Positions 10,379 through 20,386 of a stretch of 58,849 nucleotides of DNA are shown piece after piece; position 1 is the stretch's first letter, and each line of letters opens with the position of its first letter. Position numbers and translations under genes: made by a program. Below the pieces are notes generated by a model that was not told the DNA's origin, searched no databases, and worked only from the letters and a program-made list of their open reading frames with translations. Source of the stretch: Obrimoposthia wandeli (Eukaryota); assembly GCA_977020255.1 (NCBI GenBank), contig CDROCS010001564.1, forward strand, positions 62,001 through 120,849, read 5' to 3'.

Positions 10379-10582
10379 TTAGATACCTTCGAAAGAATAT
10401 TCGTCTAAATGTTTTTCTAATGATTTTCGCTCTAAATGCGCTTCAATTGCGCGTCGAGCCATTAATTTATTGGATGCTGAAGATTTTTTATTAACGACCA
10501 CATTGCCTTCTTTATCAAAAGAAACAACTTGCTCTACAGATTTCTCATGTGCGCTTAATGCGCTTTTAGCTGCCCTAGCCAT
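10379..10582 (-). CDS. Small protein, PA3496-like family
   Basis: C-terminal ARRAIEAHLERKSLEKHLDEYSF resembles the PA3496-type motif; start placed at MARAAK. Confidence 0.55.
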   Translation of the reverse strand: MARAAKSALSAHEKSVEQVVSFDKEGNVVVNKKSSASNKLMARRAIEAHLERKSLEKHLDEYSFEGI

Positions 10583-10696
10583 ATCCATCTCCTTGGTCTT
10601 ACTGATTCGTAGTATCAAATAATGCTTATTTGAGTCTACGATTGTTATTTTTATTGTTGACAAAATCATGACAGTATTTGAGTTAATTGCAATAGG

Positions 10697-11575
10697 TTAA
10701 TTGTCTAATCTTAAGGACTTAATGCTTTCCTTAATAGCGTTCAGATGTTCAATAAAATCAGGCCCTCGGCGCTGTGTGACAGCAATGGCAAGCATATCAA
10801 TCACCATTAGGTGGGCAATGCGCGATGTCATAGGCGTAAATTGATCGGTATCTTCGTCAATATTAATATAAATCGGGATGTCGGCGGCCATACTGATAGG
10901 GGTGCCTTCTGGCGCCAAGCAGATCACGCTGGCGCCATAAGTCTGAGCGAGTTTAATAGAATGCAGTAAATCTTTAGTGCGACCGCTTTGCGAAATAGCC
11001 ACAACGACGTCTTTTTCATTCAACGTAACCGCTGACATTGATTGCATATGAGGGTCGCTATAAGTGGCGGTAGCAATCTGTAAACGGAAAAATTTGTGCA
11101 GGGCATCCGTAGCAACCGCAGCGGATGCTCCAAAACCATAAAATTCTAATCGCCGAGCCTTACTGATAACAGAAGAGGCTTTGGCAACTTGATGAGGCAG
11201 TAGTTGGGCTTTAACCTCGTGCAAACGTTGAATGGTGGTATCGGCTACTTTCTTACAAATATCTTCAATCGAATCATCTTCAGCAATGGCAAATTGGCCA
11301 ATGTTATTGGCGACCGCAAGATCTTGCGCTAGCTTAACTTTAAATTCTTGAAAGCCATTACAATGAATCGCACGACAGAAGCGGACAATGGTCGGTTCAC
11401 TGACCAACGCTTCTTGGGCAAGATCGACAATACGCATGTGGATAACTGAAGGCGAGTTGAGAATAACGTAATTCGCTACTTTAACTTCAGACTTTCGCAT
11501 GCTGCTGCGGCACTTCTCAATGGTCGCTAAGATTCCATGACCGCTACTGGCTGTGTTTGACACTGTATTGTCCAT
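10697..11575 (-). CDS. RpiR/HexR-family regulator (HTH plus SIS), syntenic with Pseudomonas RccR-type regulators near uvrD
   Basis: LAQEALVSEPTIVRFCR...GFQEFKVKLAQ; FYGFGASAAVA; ISQSGRT; PMTSRIAHL. Confidence 0.9.
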   Translation of the reverse strand: MDNTVSNTASSGHGILATIEKCRSSMRKSEVKVANYVILNSPSVIHMRIVDLAQEALVSEPTIVRFCRAIHCNGFQEFKVKLAQDLAVANNIGQFAIAEDDSIEDICKKVADTTIQRLHEVKAQLLPHQVAKASSVISKARRLEFYGFGASAAVATDALHKFFRLQIATATYSDPHMQSMSAVTLNEKDVVVAISQSGRTKDLLHSIKLAQTYGASVICLAPEGTPISMAADIPIYINIDEDTDQFTPMTSRIAHLMVIDMLAIAVTQRRGPDFIEHLNAIKESIKSLRLDN

Positions 11576-11689
11576 TTTAGAGATGGAGTCAGTATAGCAG
11601 GGCTCTGCCAAATACGAGTCTGTATAAATAACCAGTCTTTTCTAAGTCAGCTCTGGAGCTAGGCCAGCATTCTGGTACACTGCTGAGTT

Positions 11690-13957
11690 ATGGACGTATC
11701 AAGTATTTTAGATCATTTAAATGATCCGCAACGCAACGCCGTTGCCGCTAATAGCAAGCATCAAATGGTTCTCGCCGGAGCTGGAACGGGTAAGACTCGA
11801 GTTCTTGTGCACCGTATCGCCTGGCTTTTGCAGGTGGAGAATATCTCGCCATTTTCAATAATGGCAGTGACCTTCACCAACAAAGCCGCGAAAGAAATGC
11901 GTGCACGTTTGGAAAGCCTGATTCAAGTGCCGGTTAACGGTCTTTGGGTAGGCACTTTCCATGGTCTTGCACACCGCTTATTAAAGCAGCATTGGCGCGA
12001 AGCCAACCTGCCACAGAATTTCCAAATTCTTGATAGCGATGATCAGTTACGACTGGTTAAGCGTATCTTAAGAGCGACGGGTGTGGATGAAACTAAATTC
12101 CCGCCTAAACAGTTGCAGTGGTATATCAACGGCCAAAAAGACGAAGGTCGACGTGCCGCTCATGTTGTTCCGTCTGCCGATCCTTTTAGCCGAACTCAGC
12201 TGCAAGTGTATCAAGCCTACGAGCAAGCGTGTCAGCAAGGCGGCATGGTCGATTTTGGTGAGATTCTATTACGTGCTCATGAGCTTTGGTTACATCACCC
12301 TGATTTATTAGCGCATTACCAAGGTCGCTTCCGTAACATTCTAGTGGACGAGTTCCAGGATACCAACGACATCCAATACGCTTGGATTCGTATGTTGGCC
12401 GGTGATCAAATTTCGGTAATGGCAGTAGGTGATGACGATCAGTCTATCTACGGCTGGCGTGGGGCAAAAATTGCCAATATTCGTAATTTTCAAACGGATT
12501 ACCCCGGCGCAGAGCTGATTAAGCTCGAGCAGAATTATCGTTCCACCGCGACCATTCTTGCGGCGGCCAACGCGGTTATTGAAAACAATACCGGCCGTAT
12601 GGGTAAAGAGTTAAAAACCGATGGTGAGTTGGGCGAGAAAATTTCAGTCTACTCGGCGTTTAATGAACAAGATGAAGCCCGTTATATTGCCGATCAGATT
12701 GAGACGTTTTCGAATACCGGTCGCGCACGTAAAGACATCGCTATTCTGTATCGATCGAATGCTCAATCTCGTACCTTAGAAGAATCATTAATTCGCCAAG
12801 GAATACCTTATCGGATTTATGGCGGTCAGCGATTCTATGATCGTTTAGAAATCAAAAATGCGTTGTCGTATTTGCGTTTGTTATTGAACCGCCATGATGA
12901 CGCAGCAGTTGAGCGCGTTATTAATGTTCCTGCGCGTGCCTTAGGCGATAAAACGGTTGCCACTATTCGAGCTCATGCTCGTGAACAGGGTTGTTCAATG
13001 TGGCAAGCCGTTTGCGAGTCAGCTACTCTCGGTATTTTGCCTAAACGTGCAAGCGCAGCAGCCCAAGGTTTTGTCGATTTAATCAACTCTATGGCGGAAG
13101 GTGCAGGCGAATTAGAACTGCATGAAATTATGGATCAGGTCATCACCCAGTCGGGCTTGATTGAGCACCATAAAAAAGAGAAGGGTGAAAAAGCGCAAGC
13201 GCGTTTGGATAACCTCGATGAATTAATCAATGCCGCACGCCAGTTCATTACCCAAGACGGTGTTGATATGGCGATGATGGCAGAAGAAGCCGCTGCAGAA
13301 ACAGGCGAAGACCCTGAAGCCTTAATGGAAGGTGCGGCTGATAGCCTATATGATCTTGCTGTATTCTTAGATACCGCCGCACTAGATGCCGGTGATACTC
13401 AAGCCAGTGAGCATGATGATGCCGTGCAGCTAATGACGTTGCACTCTGCTAAAGGTTTGGAATTTCCATTGGTTTTCCTTACCGGCTTAGAAGAAGGTTT
13501 ATTCCCGCATAAAATGTCGATGGACAGTGCGGATGGCTTAGAAGAAGAGCGTCGCTTAGCGTATGTGGGTATTACCCGTGCGATGGAGCGTTTGGTGATT
13601 ACCTATGCCGAAAATCGTCGTTTACATGGCCAAGAAAACTTCAGTACTCCTTCACGATTTATTCGTGAAATTCCTAATGAATACGTTCAGGAAGTCCGTT
13701 TAAAAAATACAATTACACGACCCGTGACGGCCTCGAAATCCTCTAGTTTGAGCTTTGCTGAGGATGCTCCAGAAGGCGTGCCATTTAAGTTAGGCGAGCG
13801 AGTCTTCCATGCGAAATTTGGAGAAGGGCAAGTTCTGCAATTTGAAGGCAGCGGTGCCAGTGCGCGTATTCAGGTGAACTTCGAATGGGAAGGCACTAAA
13901 TGGTTAGTAGTGGCTTATGCCAAGCTGCAGTCATTGGACAATAATGATGACTTCTAA
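11690..13957 (+). CDS. uvrD: DNA helicase II
   Basis: AGAGTGKT, VDEFQDTN, GDDDQSIYGWRGA, LEQNYRS, TLHSAKGLEF, EEERRLAYVGITRA. Confidence 0.97.
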   Translation: MDVSSILDHLNDPQRNAVAANSKHQMVLAGAGTGKTRVLVHRIAWLLQVENISPFSIMAVTFTNKAAKEMRARLESLIQVPVNGLWVGTFHGLAHRLLKQHWREANLPQNFQILDSDDQLRLVKRILRATGVDETKFPPKQLQWYINGQKDEGRRAAHVVPSADPFSRTQLQVYQAYEQACQQGGMVDFGEILLRAHELWLHHPDLLAHYQGRFRNILVDEFQDTNDIQYAWIRMLAGDQISVMAVGDDDQSIYGWRGAKIANIRNFQTDYPGAELIKLEQNYRSTATILAAANAVIENNTGRMGKELKTDGELGEKISVYSAFNEQDEARYIADQIETFSNTGRARKDIAILYRSNAQSRTLEESLIRQGIPYRIYGGQRFYDRLEIKNALSYLRLLLNRHDDAAVERVINVPARALGDKTVATIRAHAREQGCSMWQAVCESATLGILPKRASAAAQGFVDLINSMAEGAGELELHEIMDQVITQSGLIEHHKKEKGEKAQARLDNLDELINAARQFITQDGVDMAMMAEEAAAETGEDPEALMEGAADSLYDLAVFLDTAALDAGDTQASEHDDAVQLMTLHSAKGLEFPLVFLTGLEEGLFPHKMSMDSADGLEEERRLAYVGITRAMERLVITYAENRRLHGQENFSTPSRFIREIPNEYVQEVRLKNTITRPVTASKSSSLSFAEDAPEGVPFKLGERVFHAKFGEGQVLQFEGSGASARIQVNFEWEGTKWLVVAYAKLQSLDNNDDF

Positions 13958-13983
13958 ATATTAAAATAAAAAGGAAAAATATC

Positions 13984-15105
13984 ATGCAGGCAAAGAATGC
14001 CTTTTCAATCATTAAACTGTCTTTAATCAGCTTAGTGGCGGCGACCTTGATCGCTTGTGGACCCGAGAAGCAAACCGCATCTACTGGTACTTCTAGTATT
14101 AAAGACAGTGCTCCTCAGCAAACTTTTAAGTGGAAAATGGTTACCTCTTGGCCAAAAAACTTTCCGGGCCTAGGAACTGCTCCAGAGCGTCTTGCTGTAA
14201 TGGTTGATGAAATGTCGGCTGGTCGCTTAAAGATTAAAGTCTATGGTGCGGGTGAGCTCGTACCGGCATTACAAGTATTTGATGCCGTCTCTCAAGGTAC
14301 CGCAGAGATGGGTCACAGTGGTGCGTATTACTGGAAAGGAAAAATGGCCGCTGCGCAGTTTTTCACCTCAGTGCCTTTTGGTTTAACAGCACAAGAAATG
14401 AATGGCTGGATTTATCACGGTGGTGGTCTTGAACTGTGGCAAGAGTTGTATGCGCCGTTCAACTTGATTCCATTAGCCGCGGGTAATACCGGTGTACAGA
14501 TGGCAGGTTGGTTTAATAAAGAAATCAATTCAGTGGATGACCTTAAAGGTCTGAAAATGCGTATTCCTGGTTTGGGTGGAGAAGTTCTGAAACGTGCAGG
14601 TGGCACACCTGTGACGCTTCCGGGTGGTGAATTATTTACCTCGTTACAAACCGGCGCTATTGATGCAACTGAGTGGGTTGGTCCTTATAACGATCTTGCG
14701 TTTGGCCTGTATAAAGCCGCGAAGCATTATTACTACCCAGGTTGGCATGAGCCGGGCTCTATGATGGAATTAACAGTTAATAAACCGGCGTTTGAATCAT
14801 TACCTAAAGACCTGCAGGCCATCGTTACTACGGCGGCCAAAGCCATTAATGCAGATATGCTAGCAGAATATACCGCGCGTAATAATGCGGCGTTGACTGA
14901 GTTGGTAGAGAAGCACGGTGTAGATCTGCGTGAATTGCCTGCTGATGTGATCAGCAAGTTGCGTGAACTGTCTGAGGAAGTTGTGGCGGAAGTCGCAGCT
15001 CAAGATCCAGCATCACAGAAAATTTATGATTCTTATAAGAAATTCCGCGATGGGGTCGTGAAGTACCACGCGATTAGCGAGCAGTCTTTTATAAACGCAC
15101 GCTAG
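13984..15105 (+). CDS. TRAP transporter substrate-binding protein (DctP/TakP-like), probable lipoprotein
   Basis: Lipobox LIAC; KWKMVTSWPKNFPGLG; KMRIPGLGG; DATEWVGP. Confidence 0.92.
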   Translation: MQAKNAFSIIKLSLISLVAATLIACGPEKQTASTGTSSIKDSAPQQTFKWKMVTSWPKNFPGLGTAPERLAVMVDEMSAGRLKIKVYGAGELVPALQVFDAVSQGTAEMGHSGAYYWKGKMAAAQFFTSVPFGLTAQEMNGWIYHGGGLELWQELYAPFNLIPLAAGNTGVQMAGWFNKEINSVDDLKGLKMRIPGLGGEVLKRAGGTPVTLPGGELFTSLQTGAIDATEWVGPYNDLAFGLYKAAKHYYYPGWHEPGSMMELTVNKPAFESLPKDLQAIVTTAAKAINADMLAEYTARNNAALTELVEKHGVDLRELPADVISKLRELSEEVVAEVAAQDPASQKIYDSYKKFRDGVVKYHAISEQSFINAR

Positions 15106-15167
15106 TACTAATTAGTACAAGCTCATTCGAGCAAATATAAAACTGCAGTCGTTTAACACTAGCGGCT

Positions 15168-16097
15168 GTGGTTTACACTTCCTTTCTTTCTTACGATATT
15201 CATAATGCCAATTTTTTGCTGATTGGTGGTATGCTTCCTCGCTTATTCTTTCACTTTTTATTAATACTGCTAAGTACTCAGACCATGTTATTAATGACAG
15301 AACAGACCCTACAAACAGATAAGTTAATAGCTCTTCGTTCTTATCTAATCATGATTGCAGCGGTCGTCGTCGCTTTTATTTTACTTCAGGCTCTCGACCT
15401 CAATCAGCCTTTATTCTTTACCCTCAACGAAGCTTCTAAAAACCTTATTCCAGATACGTTAGCCGCTCATCTAACCGAATTGGGTAATGGTTCAATTGTC
15501 GGTATTTTAGCCTTAGGGTTAACGGTGAAATATCCTGTGATAGCTAAGCGTTTTTTACTTATTACTATCATTGCAGGTATTTGTATTGCTGGCCTTAAGC
15601 AGTTTTTTGCAGACCCTAGACCGGCAGGTGTTTTGGCACAAACAGATTTTCACATCATTGGTGACGTACTCAAAAAATACAGTTTCCCTTCAGGCCATAC
15701 CACTACGGCTTTTGCTATGGCGGGGTTTATTATGCTGACGTTTTCTAGTCTGCCTTTAAGAATCTTTGTTTTGGTACTGGCCGTATTAGCAGGGCTTTCT
15801 CGTATATCTGTAGGCGCTCATTGGCCAGAAGATATATTAGCCGGCGCGGCATTAGGGTTATTGATAGCGTATGTTGGCAGTTTGCTGAGTTTGAAACCGT
15901 TTACCCTCAAGGGTAGTTATTTTGCTGGGGCTTTCTTAGCACTAGCCGCCTTGATTGGAAATCTTACAGCACCTGCTGATTTTCCTGAAATTTCGACAAT
16001 TGCTGATGTACGTTTGTTGTGTGCAGGGCTGGCGATAGCCGCAATGGTTTATTATGTGGCTCGCCTAGGGCAACTGTACTCATCTAAGACGGAATAG
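15168..16097 (+). CDS. PAP2-family membrane phosphatase (start uncertain, probably downstream of ORF start)
   Basis: KQFFADPRP, SFPSGH and SRISVGAHW motifs; multiple TM segments. Confidence 0.9.
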   Translation: MVYTSFLSYDIHNANFLLIGGMLPRLFFHFLLILLSTQTMLLMTEQTLQTDKLIALRSYLIMIAAVVVAFILLQALDLNQPLFFTLNEASKNLIPDTLAAHLTELGNGSIVGILALGLTVKYPVIAKRFLLITIIAGICIAGLKQFFADPRPAGVLAQTDFHIIGDVLKKYSFPSGHTTTAFAMAGFIMLTFSSLPLRIFVLVLAVLAGLSRISVGAHWPEDILAGAALGLLIAYVGSLLSLKPFTLKGSYFAGAFLALAALIGNLTAPADFPEISTIADVRLLCAGLAIAAMVYYVARLGQLYSSKTE

Positions 16098-16143
16098 CGC
16101 AGGTCTAAATTATTAGCTCTCGGCATCAGCTCAAATAAAAGCG

Positions 16144-16599
16144 CTAGCGCGGTACGTTTCTGATGCGACCGTGCTCGTCGATTGCAACATAAACGAACAT
16201 GGCATCAACCACCTTACGTCTTTCCTGCTCTCCAAGATTACGCGTCCAAATTTCGACATTGATCTTAATCGACGATTTTCCGATATCTTCTAACTGTGTA
16301 TGAACACAGACAGCGGCTCCTACCCGGATAGGGGACATAAAAACCATCGATTCCATCGATACGTTGGCGACTCGGCCATGGGCGATTTTGCTCGCCACAC
16401 TCTCAGCGGCTTCATCCATGCGTGCAGTTACCCAGCCACCTGAAATACCGCCATGGATATTGGTATCTTGGCGACCAGGAATCAAGCGTAAGCTCAGTTC
16501 CCCACGGGGTACTGGTTCTTGATCTTCAGAAGATTGTTCTTCTACGGCTGAAGAGGTCGCATCTTGACTATTGCTTTTGTTACTGGCGAAAATGGTCAT
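16144..16599 (-). CDS. Acyl-CoA thioesterase, hot-dog fold (YciA-like)
   Basis: DTNIHGGISGGWVTARMD; FMSPIRVG; FVYVAID. Confidence 0.88.
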   Translation of the reverse strand: MTIFASNKSNSQDATSSAVEEQSSEDQEPVPRGELSLRLIPGRQDTNIHGGISGGWVTARMDEAAESVASKIAHGRVANVSMESMVFMSPIRVGAAVCVHTQLEDIGKSSIKINVEIWTRNLGEQERRKVVDAMFVYVAIDEHGRIRNVPR

Positions 16600-16663
16600 T
16601 TTTCTTATTATTCCTAAGGCCTATTTATATCAGGGCCTATCGATAGAAGGTTATTTGTAATTT

Positions 16664-18037
16664 TTATCCGTATATTTTATCGGGCAACCAGGTTGCTAGT
16701 TCCGGTATAAAACTCAATAACACCAGCACGCCAATTTGAATGGCAATGAACGGCACAACCCCGCGATAAATGGCGCTGGTGGGAAGTTCCTTTGGTGCGA
16801 CACCGCGTAGATAAAATAGGGCAAAACCGAAAGGGGGCGTTAAAAATGAAGTTTGTAGATTGATTGCAATCATAATGCCTAACCAGACAGGATCAATTCC
16901 CATCGCAAGTAAAATAGGGGCAACAATTGGCACAACAACAAAAGTGATCTCAATGAAGTCGAGAATGAAGCCAAGCAAAAAGATGATTAACATCACGACC
17001 AGCATCGCACCGACTTTACCACCCGGCATAGCCTCGAATAAAGCCTGAACTTGTTCATCCCCACCAAAGCCTCGAAAGACGAGTGAGAAGACAGCGGCAC
17101 CGATAAAAATCATAAAGATCATGCTGGTAACTTTTAGCGTGCCGTCCATCACTTCTTTTAAACGGGGCAAAGAAAGCTGGCCATAGGCTAAGGCCAGAAT
17201 AGTGGCTCCAGCAGCGCCCACCGCCGCAGCTTCTGTCGGCGTAGCAATACCGCTAAGAATAGAGCCTAAGACGGCAAGCATTAAACCAAGAGGAGGCAGT
17301 AAGCCTGCGAGCAACTGTTTAGCAAATTTAAAGTCGAGCTCTGGGCGATCAACCATCGCAGGTGCTGCTTGAGGCTTGAGCCAGGCCGTCATTCCCATAT
17401 AAGTCATATACAGCACAACAAGCAATAAGCCCGGGATCAATGCTCCAACAAATAAATCAGCCACAGAGATAGTTTCAGGGCTGAAAATGCCCATGCTGAG
17501 TTGTGCTTGCTGGTATGCATTTGATAAAACGTCACCAAGCAGAATCAGTGCCGTTGAAGGCGGGATAATCTGACCTAAAGTTCCTGTTGCGCAGATGTTT
17601 CCGGCTGCGAGTGAGGGACTGTAACCACTCTTCAGCATGGCCGGTAATGAAATGAGGCCCATTGTCACAACCGTTGCGCCAATGATTCCAGTACTGGCTG
17701 CCATGAGCATGCCGACTAAAATAACTGAAATGCCTAAACCACCCCGTAGCGGGCCGAATAATAATGCCATGTTGTGCAGCAGACGCTCAGCAATGCGAGA
17801 CTTTTCTAGCATGATTCCCATGAAGACAAAGAGGGGCACAGCGATTAAAATTTGATTGCCCAAAATGCCAAAGATGCGATTTGGTAAAGCGCTAAGGAAA
17901 GCACCATCAAAAGTTCCCGCGAGATAGCCAAAGCCCGCAACGATCAAAGAGGTACCTGCTAATGAAAAAGCGACAGGGAAACCCAGCATTAAGACCAAGC
18001 AAATAGAGATGAATAAAACCAGTGGCATCCATTCCAT
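16664..18037 (-). CDS. TRAP transporter large permease (DctM)
   Basis: AVPLFVFMG, GTLGQIIPPS, TPTEAAAVG, TSFLTPPFG motifs. Confidence 0.95.
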   Translation of the reverse strand: MEWMPLVLFISICLVLMLGFPVAFSLAGTSLIVAGFGYLAGTFDGAFLSALPNRIFGILGNQILIAVPLFVFMGIMLEKSRIAERLLHNMALLFGPLRGGLGISVILVGMLMAASTGIIGATVVTMGLISLPAMLKSGYSPSLAAGNICATGTLGQIIPPSTALILLGDVLSNAYQQAQLSMGIFSPETISVADLFVGALIPGLLLVVLYMTYMGMTAWLKPQAAPAMVDRPELDFKFAKQLLAGLLPPLGLMLAVLGSILSGIATPTEAAAVGAAGATILALAYGQLSLPRLKEVMDGTLKVTSMIFMIFIGAAVFSLVFRGFGGDEQVQALFEAMPGGKVGAMLVVMLIIFLLGFILDFIEITFVVVPIVAPILLAMGIDPVWLGIMIAINLQTSFLTPPFGFALFYLRGVAPKELPTSAIYRGVVPFIAIQIGVLVLLSFIPELATWLPDKIYG

Positions 18038-18603
18038 TATGAATTCCCTCCACGGTGATCGGGGCTCGAGTCTTCTGCAGTAGAGTCTTCGGCAATCGGC
18101 AGCGGAATATTGAAAATACTCGCGAGTACGTTGCTCGTCGCTTGAATCAGTAACAATATCGGTAAGACGATAATCAGAGTCTTAAGTAGGTATACAAAGG
18201 GTAGGCCGCCAGCCTCGTGAGATTTTTCACCATTAGCCCAAGCCATCCAGACATAATCCCAACTGATAAAAATTAAAAATAAGCAGGTAGGTAATAATAA
18301 AAATAACGTCCCGAATAGATCGATTCGCTGCTGAATGAATGTGGGCCACTTGTGATAAAGAACATCAACGCGAACATGCCCTTGCTGTTGCCAAGTATAA
18401 GCAGCGCCAAGCATGAAGAGAGAGGCGTGTAAGTACATGACAGTCTCTTGCATAGCAATGGAGGAGTAATCAAAAACATAGCGCAGGATGACAACTAAGC
18501 AGGTCACGATAACCATCGCCAGTGAAAACCAGCGGCAGGTCATACCAACAAACTTAGTGAAAGCTTGTAAGTCTGAAATAAAAGAGAGCATAGACAAGGG
18601 CAT
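18037..18603 (-). CDS. TRAP transporter small permease (DctQ)
   Basis: HVRVDVLY motif; 4 TM; stop overlaps dctM start. Confidence 0.93.
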   Translation of the reverse strand: MPLSMLSFISDLQAFTKFVGMTCRWFSLAMVIVTCLVVILRYVFDYSSIAMQETVMYLHASLFMLGAAYTWQQQGHVRVDVLYHKWPTFIQQRIDLFGTLFLLLPTCLFLIFISWDYVWMAWANGEKSHEAGGLPFVYLLKTLIIVLPILLLIQATSNVLASIFNIPLPIAEDSTAEDSSPDHRGGNS

Positions 18604-18783
18604 GGTATGAATTAATAAATCTTATTATTGAATGCGCGGAATTATACCTAAGCTGGGCTTGTATCCCAGAAATAACGCGAATTTTACTGATATATTGTGA
18701 GTCGTTGAGATAACAATAAGGGAATCAACAGGTTAGCTATTCGGCCGGAAAGAATAAATGATAGAAATAAATGAAGAAAGACG

Positions 18784-18812
18784 TTGACGAGATAGGGGAT
18801 GCTCTATATTAT
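18784..18812 (+). promoter_or_regulatory. sigma70 promoter of tRNA-Thr
   Basis: TTGACG-N17-TATTAT just upstream of the tRNA. Confidence 0.75.
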
Positions 18813-18824
18813 TCGCTCCAGTTA

Positions 18825-18840
18825 GCCGACATAGCTCAGC

Positions 18841-18872
<32 letters not shown>

Positions 18873-18900
18873 CCGAGTTCGACTCTTGGTGTCGGCACCA
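18825..18900 (+). tRNA. tRNA-Thr (anticodon TGT), CCA encoded
   Basis: GCCGACA/TGTCGGC acceptor stem, AGCTGGTAGAGC D arm, CTGAC-TTGTAAT-CAG anticodon arm, GTTCGA T loop; 76 nt. Confidence 0.97.
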
Positions 18901-18906
18901 AAATCT

Positions 18907-18942
18907 AAAAACCTCGTTATCGTAAGATAACGGGGTTTTTTT
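18907..18942 (+). terminator. Intrinsic terminator after tRNA-Thr
   Basis: AAAAACCTCGTTATC-gtaa-GATAACGGGGTTTTTTT. Confidence 0.9.
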
Positions 18943-18991
18943 ATGTCTGGAATTCAGGCAAGGGTATGCCTGCCATTTGCGGTGTCTTTTA

Positions 18992-19483
18992 CTAAAAATG
19001 CATTTTCATAGAAACAGAATAGCCATCCCCTGAATCTTGCTTTGATAAAGCGTATTGCCACTCCCCCGCTTCTGGTTCTCCTTGATAAATCCCCCATGCG
19101 GCTTCAGCTGCGACTTTAAGCACATCAACACTCACCACTTGGTCGCTGTTCAAGTGCACGTTATCAGCCCAATTACTGTAGGGATCATTTTGTTCCGACC
19201 ACTGCTGTTGCAAGTTATCGTCAGAAAGCTCATTGGCAAAGCAAGGCGAGAAGGTAAAAGGCGCGCATAAACAGGTTAAGCAAGCGGCACAAGGCTTAAG
19301 CCAGCTTTGACGACGTAGGGCTCTGTTGAGGTCTTTCTGCTCAATAAATCCTAGTGCCATTAAGCAATGGCCTACAGGTTGAGCATGCAGAGCTTGATAT
19401 GCAAGTGCGAGCTCTAGTTGTTGCTTTGAAATGACCTGGCGAGCTAATAATATTTGGCCTAGACGTATCTTAATATCAGCCAT
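18992..19483 (-). CDS. Hypothetical protein with N-terminal MshEN-like (c-di-GMP-binding-type) domain
   Basis: RLGQILLARQVISKQQLELALAYQ-ALHAQ-PVGHCLMALGFIEQKDLNRALRRQ fits the tandem 24-aa MshEN motif with some degeneracy. Confidence 0.7.
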   Translation of the reverse strand: MADIKIRLGQILLARQVISKQQLELALAYQALHAQPVGHCLMALGFIEQKDLNRALRRQSWLKPCAACLTCLCAPFTFSPCFANELSDDNLQQQWSEQNDPYSNWADNVHLNSDQVVSVDVLKVAAEAAWGIYQGEPEAGEWQYALSKQDSGDGYSVSMKMHF

Positions 19484-19677
19484 TTTGGTCCCTTTAATAA
19501 GTTAATAAAATCCTTGTTTCTACAGACTGGCACACGACCAAATTTTCACCAGTTGCTTTACTTAACAATTAGTAACTCAATGTAATGGCAAAGCCTTAAT
19601 TGGGACGCTAAGCTTTGTTGTGTAATGATTACGTCTCTGAGTGGAACAATTCCGAGATAAACTGAGGTGAGGGGACG

Positions 19678-20019
19678 ATGATATCAACAAGCTGGCAGCA
19701 ACCCATAATATGGTTGGCTGAAAACATGCGCCCGCATAATAAAGAAATTGCTTTAGCGATGGTGGCGACCTTGTTGGTTATATTCGGAGATGTTATTAAT
19801 GGAGTGCTTCGGCGATTAGTCAGAAAACAGCCAATAATCTTAAGAATTTCTGCGTTTATTGCATTATGCGCATTTGGCTATGGCACATTATCCGTTTGGT
19901 TAACGCCACTATTATCTGACTTTTTACAAAGGCAAAGTTCGCAGGCTTATGTCGCAACAGTAGTCTTAAGCTTTTTAATCGTAGGGATCTTAGCGGAGCG
20001 TTTTCAGAAGACAAAATGA
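19678..20019 (+). CDS. DUF3392-family small membrane protein
   Basis: EIALAMVATLLVIFGDVIN...FIALCAFGYG; 3 TM, 113 aa. Confidence 0.75.
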   Translation: MISTSWQQPIIWLAENMRPHNKEIALAMVATLLVIFGDVINGVLRRLVRKQPIILRISAFIALCAFGYGTLSVWLTPLLSDFLQRQSSQAYVATVVLSFLIVGILAERFQKTK

Positions 20020-20075
20020 TTCAGATTAGGTATGGGAAGATAAAAAGAGGAAGTAGCGCATTATTCTAATCCGTT

Positions 20076-20218
20076 AGAAAATAAGACGGGAGAACATCCT
20101 GTTCAACCCGTCTCAGCACCCTAGCAGCCATCCAATAGCTAACATTCTTCCTTGAAGCAGTCCGTGGCAATATTGTTATCCTTAACCGTTACATCCTGTA
20201 ACGCTGCCGTCCTTGTGT
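20076..20218 (-). ncRNA. CsrB/RsmY/RsmZ-like CsrA(RsmA)-sequestering sRNA, copy 1 (ends approximate)
   Basis: Seven GGA motifs, mostly in hairpin loops (e.g. CGUUAC-AGGAU-GUAACG); terminator GAGACGGG...CCCGUCUU-AUUUUCU; extended -10 TGcTAACTT at 20224-20232. Confidence 0.8.
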
Positions 20219-20309
20219 GATTAAAGTTAGCAGAATGTAAAAAAGTGAAAAGGATGTATTTTCAAACAACATCTAGATAGTTAATTATATCAGTAATAAT
20301 ATCGTTTAA

Positions 20310-20322
20310 AATCAATATGTTA
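20310..20322. promoter_or_regulatory. IHF site upstream of sRNA copy 1
   Basis: AATCAA-TATG-TTA matches WATCAANNNNTTR; conserved in copy 2 while flanks diverge. Confidence 0.6.
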
Positions 20323-20386
20323 ACAATTATATTATTAATATTTGGCGAATAGATATAGGTAATTAGAGGGTTATTCCCACTCACTG

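Noticed and set aside
18825-19000. tRNA-Thr as an occupied integration site
   Set aside because: Terminator follows directly; no integrase and no duplicated tRNA 3' end seen in the window
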